In this document: in pieces, positions 1 to 10,080 of the stretch
How positions within the stretch are numbered: position 1 is the first letter of the stretch
Layout of the letters: each line of letters starts with the position of its first letter
Source: Candidatus Peribacteria bacterium
Lineage (GTDB): Bacteria; Patescibacteriota; Gracilibacteria; Absconditabacterales; Absconditicoccaceae
NCBI GenBank assembly: GCA_023898485.1
Contig: CP060225.1
Location: 548,848-612,847 of the forward strand
DNA: 64,000 bases
Direction of reading: 5' to 3'
Made by a program: the position numbers and the translations under genes
The notes under the pieces: model-generated
The model's database searches: none
The model's input: the letters and a program-made list of their open reading frames with translations, nothing else
Told to the model about the DNA's origin: nothing

Positions 1-401
1 GGGTAAAACAAGCAGTCAGTGATGCACAGTGTGACTTCGTCTGGGATTTGCCACAGTGACTACAGACAGAGATAGGTGAGAGATGAGTGAGACTGAGTGG
101 TGGACAGAGACAGAGACTCGCTATTGCCAAGATCTTCCTCAAGGATCCAGAGATAGTACTGCTGGATGAGCCTACTTCTGCTCTCGATAGTCAGTCAGAA
201 GAACAGGTCACTATTGCTATGAATAGATTATTTGAAGGTAGGACAGTAGTAGTTATAGCACATAGACTACAGACCGTAAAGCATGCAGATAGAATATTAT
301 ATATAGAAGATGGACAGGTAGTAGAAGAAGGCAATCATAAGGAGCTTATGAAAATGAAAGGGAAGTATTATACGATGGTAGAGTTACAGAGTGGGTTTTA
401 A
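1..401 (+). CDS. ABC transporter ATP-binding/permease protein, C-terminal part (5' end outside window)
   Basis: The frame is open from the window start. Translation reads VKQAVSDAQCDFVWDLPQ(G)LQTEIGER(G)VRLSGGQRQRLAIAKIFLKDPEIVLLDEPTSALD...IAHRL. The ABC signature, Walker B and H-loop are present. Both in-frame TGA codons sit on conserved Gly positions. TAA stop at 399-401. Confidence 0.85.
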
Positions 402-465
402 AAATAATAATAATCCTATGAAAAGCTATACGCCAAGTGCCGCTAGAACTACAGTACCCGAAGTA

Positions 466-540
466 GGTGTCGAGGCACGCGCTGGCTGCCGAGACTTGAT
501 CTTTTTTGGTTCGTTTTTTGTATCAAGACAAAAAATGAAC
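466..540 (+). repeat. Short copy of the dispersed hairpin-ended intergenic repeat (family shared with 2760-2897 and 43168-43305)
   Basis: It shares gtcgaggcac and ctgccgagact with the other copies. It ends in the hairpin gttcgttttttg/caaaaaatgaac (509-540). It lies directly 3' of the ABC gene stop. Confidence 0.5.
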
Positions 541-583
541 AAATAAAATCATACAACAATAACTCTTATTTCTCCTACATCCC

Positions 584-2743
584 ATGACCTATCATATCAA
601 CAAAAACACCACCTTCCTCGCCTTCGATTTCGAGACGACATGACTCGACGTCAAGAAGGATGAACCTATCCAAATCGGCATCGTACGTGCAGATAGTCAG
701 TTTCATATTCTTGACACCTACACCAGTCTCATCCGCCCCAAGAAAGATATCAAAGAACTCAAAAACATCGTCCAATTCATTACTTGACTCTCACTAGATC
801 AGCTCAGCGATGCACCGACTATGGAAGAAATTTTACCAGACATCCGTGAGCGATTTACCGACGATGTGGTCGTCCTGTGACACAATATCGCGTTCGATAT
901 AGCCATGATGCAGCCATTCTTACCTGATCGAAAACCACAGCAACAATTCGACACCTTCACCCGATCACAGACACTCATCCACTACCCTCCCAGCTACGCA
1001 CTCGAAGTCCTCTGGTGACAAATCACTGATGACTACGCCAAAGATCCTTTCATCCTGCCTGATGGGACAGAGTGGAATTATAAAGACGAATCACATCATG
1101 ACGCACTCTACGATAGTTTCACTTCACTCGCGCTCGCTCGCCACCTCCTCCAGAGGATAGAGACATTAGAAGAAACCTATGATCGGCTTCCACAAATAGC
1201 TGATAATCACTCACTTCTCTCACACATCATCGACCCAAAGACCAAAGACCAAAGACCAAAGACTATCAACCTTCCCGTATTAACCAAACCCATCCCCAAA
1301 AACGCCACCGATGTAGCACCTACGGATCCTATCGTCGATCTTCGCACACTCGAACCGAACAAAACATGGTTTAATGGCCATATCCCCCTCGAGCAGATCC
1401 TCCTAGCTGCGGTAGCTGCCAAACCCATCATCATCGCCACTCATACATGACAGAAGCTCGAAGTGATCAAAAACATCCTCAGCAGTCATGGCTATCATGA
1501 TATCGGTTTTGCCAAACCTGAGCAACATATCGACTATGATGCGTTTACGACACTGCTCAGTCAAGAGGAACTCTCCGACGACATCGTCACCTTCGTACTC
1601 AAATATCTCTCCCACCATCATCAGGGTCTGCGTGTCTTGCAACTCCTCACCGAGGATGAAAGAGCGATTTTTGATGCGATCGAAAAAATCACCGACAGAC
1701 ACACGAACGATATCATCCTCTGTAGTCACGGAGGGCTCTACCGACTGATCGAGCAGTGACTGTATCCTAACTATCTCATCCTCTATCTGGATGCAGACCG
1801 ACGATACCACAGTTACAATCGTTTTCGCTCTATCTCTTTCGATCCGTATCAGGCACTCACCAGCCTCGAACGCATCCAGCGCAGCTATCAGATCAGACAG
1901 CAGATCGCACATAACGAAGAAAATCAGGAGATCTTAGATCAGCTTGAATCCACCATCAGTGAGGCGACACTCTTTGTCGGCACCATCGGCATAGAGACGA
2001 CAGAACTTTTCACGGGTCGTCCATCTGACACCGTAGAGACGGGCCCTCTCATCACCAAACTTGAACGACATCGCACTGCCAAATCCTGGCCAGGACTTCG
2101 TGATCGTCTGGATGAGCTTTTGGCGATAGAAAACCTTCATAGTAAACCCGTCATCCAGCAGCTTCGCGATCATCTCGAACTCATCATGACCGAAATCATC
2201 ACGATCCAGCGCGGTGTCCGTGACCGCGGCTATCTGCACTATACCTACCAGACGACACATGATTATAGTGATTTTAGCGAGTTTATGGGGCTCTTCACTG
2301 GTCGTCAGGCCATCATCACTTCTCACGTCCGCACTACCAATAAACCACTGGTACAACTAGAAAATCACACTCACACACCACCGACCTATCCATTCACTCC
2401 GACTCCTCCTCAACTCACCCAAGAAATCCACAAACTCGATCCGACCCAGTCGATGACATTTTTCGTCCTCAGTAGCAGCAAAAGTTCATCACAAAGCCTT
2501 TTTCAAAAACTCCAAGCAGACCCGCACTTCTCATCCTACTCGCTCATCGTGGACGGCATCACCGGATCGACTGCCAAAAATACACACAAAGCACAGGCAG
2601 GCTGACCCACCATCATCATCGGTGGCTACTATTTCTACCTCAATCTCCTGGCCAAGAAGGTTGCTATCGATCACATCATCATCTACGCACTCGGTGGAGC
2701 GATGAAACCGCTGATACTCGGTGATGTGGCGTATTATTCGTAA
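584..2743 (+). CDS. DnaQ-type (DEDDh) 3'-5' exonuclease domain protein with a degenerate DinG-like C-terminal region
   Basis: ATG at 584. N-terminus reads FLAFDFETT(G)LD...VVL(G)HNIAFD...HHDALYD, the Exo I-III motifs. The track ORFs 1463-1759 and 2120-2605 are in the same frame and are joined by in-frame TGA. TAA at 2741-2743, 719 aa. I saw no Walker A motif in the C-terminal two thirds. Confidence 0.6.
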
Positions 2744-2759
2744 CGGAAAGATAACAAAA

Positions 2760-2897
2760 AACGCAATAGCAAGACAGGTCGCAGCACCGAGATATGGAAA
2801 AATATGCATAGATATGGAAAAATCAATGGACCTGCTGCGACTAGAGTTTTTGTTTACTTTTGGGTCACGCCAAAAGTAAGCCTAGCGGAGCGTAACC
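2760..2897 (+). repeat. Dispersed intergenic repeat, long copy (inverted counterpart at 43168-43305)
   Basis: The reverse complement aligns by eye with 43168-43305 (acgctYcgcta.g.cttacttttg...tgacccaaaagtaa.caaaaactctagtc..gcag...agatatggaaa...). Terminal hairpin ttacttttgg/ccaaaagtaa at 2854-2879. It lies directly 3' of the preceding gene. Confidence 0.6.
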
Positions 2898-2961
2898 AAA
2901 AATACATAAGACATAAAAATACTTCATCATTTTTTGACAAAGTGTCATTATGTAGATATGA

Positions 2962-3963
2962 TTGATGCATCATTTATATGATATGTCAATGATACGAATG
3001 GCATCACTCACGAGAAAATGGCGAGAATATCCACTTATGGCAGTCACTGCTACTACTGTAGCATTCGCTATTATTCTAATCTATGATCGATCGACCAGTC
3101 CTGATCGTATCTCCGAAAAACCACTCCTCGACATGGACTACACACAGATCGACGAAGATGAGTCACAATCCGAAACGGGTCTGGATCAGTTTTTCCAAGA
3201 AGAACTCCTCCAAGAACTAGAGCCCCGTCATGGAGCTCCTGATAGTGCGTTTTATAACGACAAACTCAACACACTCTGCTATAGCTTTCGTGATGTGTGT
3301 GACCGTGTCAATCTTGTAGACTCATTCAGCAGTAGAGATCGCTATTTCTACACCGCGATACCGATCTATCTGACACACTATATGGATCGCTATGGTGATC
3401 TCGATTATGAGATAGAAGACATTCTCCATACTATCTCCATTTCCTCAGATCCTGGCCGTCGCGGCTATGCCAATCACGATAGTATTATCATCAACACCAG
3501 CGATATCGATTCCGTCCGTGAGTATCTCGAGATCATGACACACGAGCTTGGACATATTGTCGATCTTGGATCTGTCACTGGCACCATGCGCAGAAAAGAC
3601 ACCACCTACACCGAATTTGGTCAGGCGGTCTTCGCACTTGATGATCCATCACTCGACTATTATCGCCTCTCACGAGCCAATGAGACGACAAGAAATGCTG
3701 GTCAGACTCGCGACGACTTCTGTAGTGGCTATGGACAGCGCAATCCCTTCGAGGATTTCTCCGAATGTATGAATCTCTATATCAACCATCACGATCTCTT
3801 CGAATACATCAGCAGTCGTAGTCGCACCCTTGAGCGTAAATACACATATATCAAAAAACTTTTCGATGGATTTTATCTCTACAGCGATACTGCATCTATT
3901 CGCCAATATAGTCATCCCTCTGACTTCTACGTCTTCGACACCAGCAAAGTTTGGCAATCATAA
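2962..3963 (+). CDS. Membrane-anchored hypothetical protein with HExxH zinc-protease motif
   Basis: Complete 333-aa ORF ending in TAA. An N-terminal hydrophobic helix (LMAVTATTVAFAIILIY) is present. The motif THELGHIVD is present. The exact start among several ATGs is uncertain. Confidence 0.55.
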   Translation: MMHHLYDMSMIRMASLTRKWREYPLMAVTATTVAFAIILIYDRSTSPDRISEKPLLDMDYTQIDEDESQSETGLDQFFQEELLQELEPRHGAPDSAFYNDKLNTLCYSFRDVCDRVNLVDSFSSRDRYFYTAIPIYLTHYMDRYGDLDYEIEDILHTISISSDPGRRGYANHDSIIINTSDIDSVREYLEIMTHELGHIVDLGSVTGTMRRKDTTYTEFGQAVFALDDPSLDYYRLSRANETTRNAGQTRDDFCSGYGQRNPFEDFSECMNLYINHHDLFEYISSRSRTLERKYTYIKKLFDGFYLYSDTASIRQYSHPSDFYVFDTSKVWQS

Positions 3964-4085
3964 AACCTTATAGATACTATTTTGTCTGCTCATAATAATC
4001 TTAGCTATGTAGATCATCACAGTATATTGCAAATCAGCCTACAACTCATATATAGTATACAATCATTTATCATTGCATATCTATT

Positions 4086-4793
4086 ATGAGACTTTTTATA
4101 CTGAGTGATGACACTTCATATCATATTACAAAGAATAGTGATTGTAATACACTAACGCTCCATGAATGAAGAATCATCAGACATGCACATGTGATCAGGC
4201 TGCGCTATGGAGAAGATATCACCATACAGATCGGTAACACAAGGTATCTATGAGTTGTAGACCAACTCGATAGGGCAACACTCACTATCGCTATCCATTC
4301 ATCACAGCTGCAACCACCATCATGTGCTGACAAACCCATTACCATGGCTATCGCATTGCCCAATACTGGCAATAAACTCGATATGATCGTCGAGAAGCTG
4401 ACTGAGGTGGGTGTACATCACATCATCTTTTTCTCTGCAGAAAGATCACAGATCAGAACACTTGAAGATAAAAAGCTCTACAGGCTCCATATTCTCGCCA
4501 TAGAAGCTGCAGAACAATCCCATAGATGGACTATACCAACAATACAATATATACAGCACATCCATGATGTATTATCAGTAGATGGTAGCAAAGTTATCTT
4601 CGATAAAGAGGCAACATGAACCATGCCTCATGAAGCCACTATCTGATTAGTCTGACCTGAATGATGATGGAGTCCATCAGAATTGCAACAGATGGAGCCT
4701 ATTGCCTGCGTTACACTCTGAGAACACATCCTTCGTATGGAAACGGCTGCAATAGTAGGCGGCTGGACACTTGCACAACACTCAACCACATAA
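4086..4793 (+). CDS. rsmE: 16S rRNA (uracil1498-N3)-methyltransferase RsmE
   Basis: ATG 4086, TAA 4791-4793, 235 aa with 8 in-frame TGA. The C-terminal motif reads (G)LV(G)PE(G)(G)WSPSE, so the RsmE GPEGG motif has its glycines written as TGA. Track ORF 4344-4619 is its central piece. Confidence 0.8.
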
Positions 4794-4877
4794 CTATGAG
4801 CACCATGAGTGCTAAATTTGACAAACAAAGGTTCTGACAGTATACTTGTATTACTTTATGACTTCTGTCATCATAGT

Positions 4878-5330
4878 ATGTCCAAGGTTCTCTTCCCTAG
4901 AAACGTCCAAAAAGGACTCTTCAACATGAATATGGCGATCGGACCACTCACGGTGAGTCTGGTACAAGTATTTTTATTGATGGTGGGTTTGGGTGCTGCG
5001 TTGGGTACATTTCAGCTGGTCTCCAATGGCAGTGCCGGCAACAAAACTGCTGGACTTATTGTTGCGATACCGGTATTACTCGTGTTCGTAATTATTGCTT
5101 TTTTTAAGATTTCGGAAATGGGGCTACTGGAGTTCGTGACCAAAATGGTAAGGAATTACTTTTTCGATAGTAATCAAAAATTTCAGACCCAATATACGAG
5201 AATCACCGATCCGCAGTCCGTCCTCCTGGAGCGCGTTCGCACCAGCGAAAAAACAGAAAAAATCGAGACCAAAAAACTTCTTATGGATGAACAGGAGCTC
5301 GAAAATATAAGGAAGGGAGGGTTACTGTAA
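4878..5330 (+). CDS. PrgI-family small membrane protein (type IV secretion/conjugation-associated family)
   Basis: MSKVLFPRNVQKGLFNMNMAIGPLTVSLVQVFLLMVG..., a second TM helix, then a basic/acidic tail. This architecture is typical of PrgI-family proteins annotated in CPR genomes. The start was chosen at the internal ATG 4878 of track ORF 4809-5330. Confidence 0.5.
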   Translation: MSKVLFPRNVQKGLFNMNMAIGPLTVSLVQVFLLMVGLGAALGTFQLVSNGSAGNKTAGLIVAIPVLLVFVIIAFFKISEMGLLEFVTKMVRNYFFDSNQKFQTQYTRITDPQSVLLERVRTSEKTEKIETKKLLMDEQELENIRKGGLL

Positions 5331-5349
5331 TAAATTCTTTTCTCAATAT

Positions 5350-5375
5350 AAGAAAAGAGGCGTACGCCTCTTCTA
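5350..5375. terminator. Bidirectional hairpin between the convergent PrgI-like gene and recA
   Basis: aaaagaggcg-ta-cgcctctt perfect stem, flanked by A-run and T-run. It overlaps the recA stop codon. Confidence 0.6.
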
Positions 5376-6440
5376 TTCAGTATCTGATTCGTCTTCCATT
5401 TTGCCTGTTTCGAGGACATTCATAGCGTCATCGTCGAGGACCTGCTCACCCATGCGCATTTTCTTGATAGCGGTCTGGATTTGTTTTTCGAGTTTTTCAC
5501 GAAGTTTGGGGTCGGATGCAAGTGCTTCGATGAGATTGGCTTTGCCTTGGACTTTGTGATCACCGATACTGTAGTATGCTCCAGCACGATCGATTGCCTT
5601 GAGGAGAATACCCGCTTCGATGACATCAAGTTCTTTATCATATCACACGTTTCGTGCGACAGGAAGTTCAGCTCTCTTAAACGGAGGTGCGATCTTATTT
5701 TTGACGACTTTGACTTTGATATTGTAGCCGACTTGTTCTTTGCCTTCAGTGATAGCTTCACCTTTGCGGACTTCGATACGCTGTGATGCGAAGAATTTGA
5801 GTGCGTGTCCACCGGTTGTTGTTTCTGGATTGCCATACAAGACACCGATTTTCATACGGATCTGGTTGATGAAGATAACGGTTGTCCCTGTCTTGGCAAG
5901 GATAGAAGTGAGCTTTCTGAGTCACTGAGACATCATACGAGCTTGGAGACCGACAAAACTATCGCCCATCTCTCCCTCGACTTCTGCACGAGGCACAAGC
6001 GCTGCGACAGAGTCTACGACGATGAGTTTGACTGCTCCCGTCTTCGCGAGTTCTTGAGTGATAGAGAGCGCTTGCTCTCCATAGTCTGGCTGAGCGAGTA
6101 ATAAGTTGTCAGTATCTACACCGAGTGTGCGAGCAAATGCTGGATCCAATGCGTGTTCTGCATCGACAAAGGCACATGTTTCACCACGTTTTTGGAGTTC
6201 TGCGATAGCTTGGAGCGTGATCAGTGTCTTACCAGAAGATTCAGGACCATAGATCTCGACGACACGACCCTCGGGCATACCGCCTCCCAAGATCATGTCT
6301 AAGACGTAAGAACCCGTGTGGAAGGTGTTGACCTGACCAACGTTGGCACTGTCGCCCATACGCATGATAGCTCCTTTTCCAAATTGTTTTTCAATGTTTC
6401 ATAGCGCCTCTTTGAGGACTTTGTCTTTGCCGTGTGACAT
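5373..6440 (-). CDS. recA: Recombinase RecA
   Basis: Track fragments 5922-6365 and 5643-5855 are in one frame. The joined translation reads [13 protein letters not shown](G)[16 protein letters not shown]...GPESSGKTL...ARMMSQ(G)LRKLTSIL...[23 protein letters not shown].... ATG at 6438-6440, TAG at 5373-5375, 355 aa. Confidence 0.95.
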
Positions 6441-6482
6441 TCGTTTTTATAGTGAGAAGAGTATAAAACTTCGCAAAGGATT

Positions 6483-6564
6483 ATGGAGGGTAATGAAGGA
6501 TCATAAAGGGTGATAAAGGATGTGTTTCCTCTATAAACCTTTCTTAACCTTTATATACCTCTAT
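6483..6564. promoter_or_regulatory. Inverted array of 10-bp-phased heptamers (4x ATrrAGG, then 4x CCTyTAT) upstream of recA
   Basis: ATGGAGG 6483, ATGAAGG 6493, ATAAAGG 6503, ATAAAGG 6513, then an 8-bp spacer, then CCTCTAT 6528, CCTTTCT 6538, CCTTTAT 6548, CCTCTAT 6558. The same architecture recurs at 31052-31136. Confidence 0.55.
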
Positions 6565-6642
6565 CGCCCTCGATTTTTATCAGAAAAATGGAAAAATGCA
6601 AGACCAAGGGAGTCAGACCCGAACCCTTTTTGGAGAAATGTG

Positions 6643-9600
6643 ATGAGAGTCAGTATACTGGGGGAAGTATTTTATGTAGTTTTTCTCAAACTTATGAATC
6701 CCACTCTCGATAGTTATGAGGCAAAAGTATCACAAGCTGAGCAACTTGCAAAAAATGAAGCTATAGCAACTAATAAAAAACTAAAGAAGGAGCTCTTCAC
6801 TCTTACGCAAGAATTGGAGGAAGAGGAAAAGATTCTTGCAAAAAGTATCCTTGAAAAAAGCGGGAAAGATATATTACAACAATTGCAACAAAGAAAACTA
6901 GAAGCTATCAAGGATATTGATTTTTCTGATATCAAAGAAGAGCTTACTAATCTCAAGCATACTACTACTGAAACAGTAGATAATGGTATCGTGAGTACTA
7001 CTACGACGACAGAGGTGATAGATGGAGATGACGTAACTGAAGAAAAAAAAGGATCCTGGGATAAGACAAAGGAAAGGCGAAACAAGATGTCTACTGGAGG
7101 CAAAGTTTTGACTAGTGGAATCGTTGTGTGATGAGCAATATTATTATGGAAATGAGTAAAAAGTATCTTCTCCTCCAAAGAAGAGGACACGGAAAAAAAG
7201 AAAAGTTTTCGAGAAAGTACGACAGGAAAAATTGTAAAGTGGACTGGTATTGGTTCTGCTGCCTACTATGTTAGTCATGGTCTTGCTACAGGAAAACGAT
7301 GACTATGAGATCTTCTTGACTGGGATAATAAAAATGCAGATTGAAATGACTCACCAGAAAATCAGGTAGAAAGCTATGAAGAGCTACAAAAAGAAAATCC
7401 AGAAAAAGTAGAAAAATACGAACTACTATGAGATAATGTAGATAAGCTCTATACTAAAATGTATGGACCAGAACTTCGTGCAGGACGAGAAGATGATGCT
7501 AATATGAGTACTTTAGCACAAAAAGTAAGCAACGGAGAAAGGCAATACACATGAGTGGTACCATTCTGTCTTGATAATCAATTTAAAAATACCGATAGAC
7601 TTTTATCCGAACGTTGACAAATTGAAGCTGCCGTTTCAAATAAACTAAAATGAATGCGGGAATATCTGAAAGGACGATGAGAGGATGGTCTTAAATTTTT
7701 TGCACAGACAGCACTGAGTGGATTACCCTCATGGACAAAATATCTCACATGAACATGAACATGGGAAGAGAAAATAGGTAAGTGGATAGTGGACTATGGC
7801 TCTGAAGCAGAGACTAATATGGCATTTTTCTTTAGACAAAGCATGAGGGTGCAGACATACCTCTTACAGAAGAAAGATCAGCTTATGCTTCAGATCGCGT
7901 ATGAAAAAACTGGAATTAAAGATGAAGATAAACTACGGAATAAGATTCATGATGAAGAACGGTTTGCAAATAATATTGCTCAAGATAGTCGCTATGTTAA
8001 TTTTTCCAATGGGACCATAGCTGAAGCAACAGCTATACTGAAGCAAGAAAGCATGCTCGATGATACTATTGGAGAAACGCTACAATGAAGTGTAGATGCT
8101 TTGGATAGGCAAAGAGCAACTATTCTTATAGAAAAAAATAAGAAAGATATTGTAGTGAGAGGAAAAGAATCTCTTACTGCAAATGGCAAACTCTCTGAAG
8201 AAGAAACACAAGATACTATTACTGCTTGCGACAATGTCATAAAAGATATTGATGATGAGATTATTGATGTCGTAGAGGAAAGTGCTCATAATATCTATGG
8301 TGATCTTCTCAATACTGATGATGCCGCTATGAGAAAATATTTTGATGGTAGTAAGTTTCGCCCACTTTTTGATGAAGCTAAAAATACTATCAATGAAGCT
8401 AAAGGAAAACTAAGAGCTGGTAAACTTACATCAAAACAAACTAGAGATCTACTTGATAGCCTTAATAATATGATGGCACTCAAAAAAGAAGCTATTATAG
8501 GAAGAGAAACGATACAAAAAGAAATAGATGAAAATGGGAATATTATATATAGGATACCTTCATTCTTACAGTGATCACTAAAAAACTTCTTTGTAACTGG
8601 CTTACGAAAAGCTGGATCGTGAATAGTTCATGGTGATATGGAAGAGATAATAGGGGGATTAGAAAATATCTGATCTGGATGGCTAGGTACATGAATTACA
8701 ATTACTATTATTGGGTGAGTAATCTGGATCAAAAGTTGATTTAAAAATGCAACTCTTATAAAAACTGGAATTAAGATGAATACTCTCCCCATTTACTGGC
8801 TATGAAAACAAGCTAATAAATTCGAAGTAGTTCGTAATCTTGGGAATAAGGTTAAATATGGATCTACCTCACGACTGCACATGCAAACATTCTGGAGAGG
8901 TGAAGCGTGACCAGATAAACTTATGAAACTGCTCAGAACAGGTGATATCAATATCGAAATGGCAGAATCTATCATTCGCAAGAAATGTAAACCATGACGA
9001 TGAATAAGTGGTAATCAAGCATGGATGGATTCATTCAATATTAGTAGAACAATGAAAGCATCAGAAATTAATTTTAGAGAGAAAATACTTGTAGAACTTA
9101 TAGGAGAGCAAGATGAATACTGGAAATCACTCAGTGAATCAGCTCATTATGATGAAATACTTAAAAACCTTGATGACCCTAAGATCATGGATCAAATACT
9201 CAACAAAAAACCTGTAACAAGTATTATGCAAGAGATCAATAAGATCAATGCAGTGGTCGCTCCTGCTCTATCTCCATCCATTTCTACGGCCCCCAAAACC
9301 CTCTGAGTCTGATTAGAAGTTATCAGTGCCAACGGCAAAAGAGGAAAAATCATAGCAGAAATAAATGGACAATTCCAAGTAAGGTATGAAGGCGGAGGAA
9401 CAATTCTCACAAAGGCTGAAACCCTTACTCCTCTAGATCATACTACATTATGAATTGGGTCGGATGTCATCAGTACGAACGGTAAAAGGGGTAGGATAAT
9501 AGCAGAGATCAATGGACAATTTCAAGTAAAATATGAAAATGGAGGTACAATCCTCACAAAAGCTGAGACACTTACAAATATCACTGGCTTTACTGACAAT

Positions 9601-10059
9601 CAAAGAACTCTTACCACTACTGTAATAAATGAGATCGGTGATCTCAATCGTATTACCTATGGTGATGGAGCTGCAAAAGCACAAAGAATTGCAAGCATCA
9701 AAAAACTTGAATCCTTTACGAAAGAAATCTCATCACTCGATGATGCTGCTATCAAGGGGATTAGATCTCTTGCTGATATGGGAATGAAACCAAGATATGT
9801 AGCAAGCATGATTGAAACAGGTGTAGATATAAAATGATTTATAAAAACACTCGAAGCACAAAAAGGTCTTAACTCGCTTGATGACGTAGTGAGACAATCT
9901 CTCAAAATAAATGGCGGAGAAGCATTTTTGAAACAATTTGATAACGTAAATTTTAGCAAGTTTGCTCATATATTTGATGAAACCGTAGAAGTATGAAAGA
10001 TAGCTAAAATCGGTTCTCATCTCGACGAATTTGTCAAAGTACTGAAAGCAATCACATAA
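6643..10059 (+). CDS. Giant hypothetical protein A (about 1138 aa), coiled-coil rich with Gly-rich hydrophobic segments
   Basis: Track ORFs 6520-7131, 7789-8088, 8101-8574 and 9025-9306 share one frame. My hand translation between them meets only TGA. The first TAA is at 10057-10059. Start at 6643 has GGAGA 6 nt upstream. ATG 6694 is an alternative start. Confidence 0.7.
9319..9576 (+). repeat. Intragenic tandem duplication of a 37-aa module (period 147 nt) in giant protein A
   Basis: VISANGKRGKIIAEINGQFQVRYEGGGTILTKAETLT at 9319-9429 versus VISTNGKRGRIIAEINGQFQVKYENGGTILTKAETLT at 9466-9576. Confidence 0.8.
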
Positions 10060-10080
10060 TTTATCTGACCACCTCACTTC

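Noticed and set aside
2531-2809. 92-aa minus-strand ORF spanning the 3' end of the DnaQ-like gene and the dispersed repeat.
   Set aside because: It overlaps a supported plus-strand CDS and a non-coding repeat copy. It is probably spurious.
5420-5845. Track ORFs antisense to or overlapping recA (5420-5845 minus in another frame, 5481-5786 plus, 5805-6101 plus).
   Set aside because: They lie entirely within the well-supported recA frame. Their composition is low-complexity and typical of off-frame translation.
5643-6365. recA (and rnc, obg, rel, recG, murB, sbcC and others) appear split into fragments, suggesting a heavily pseudogenised genome.
   Set aside because: Every break is a TGA. The fragments are in the same frame and the TGA positions align with conserved glycines. 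Read with table 25 the genes are full length.
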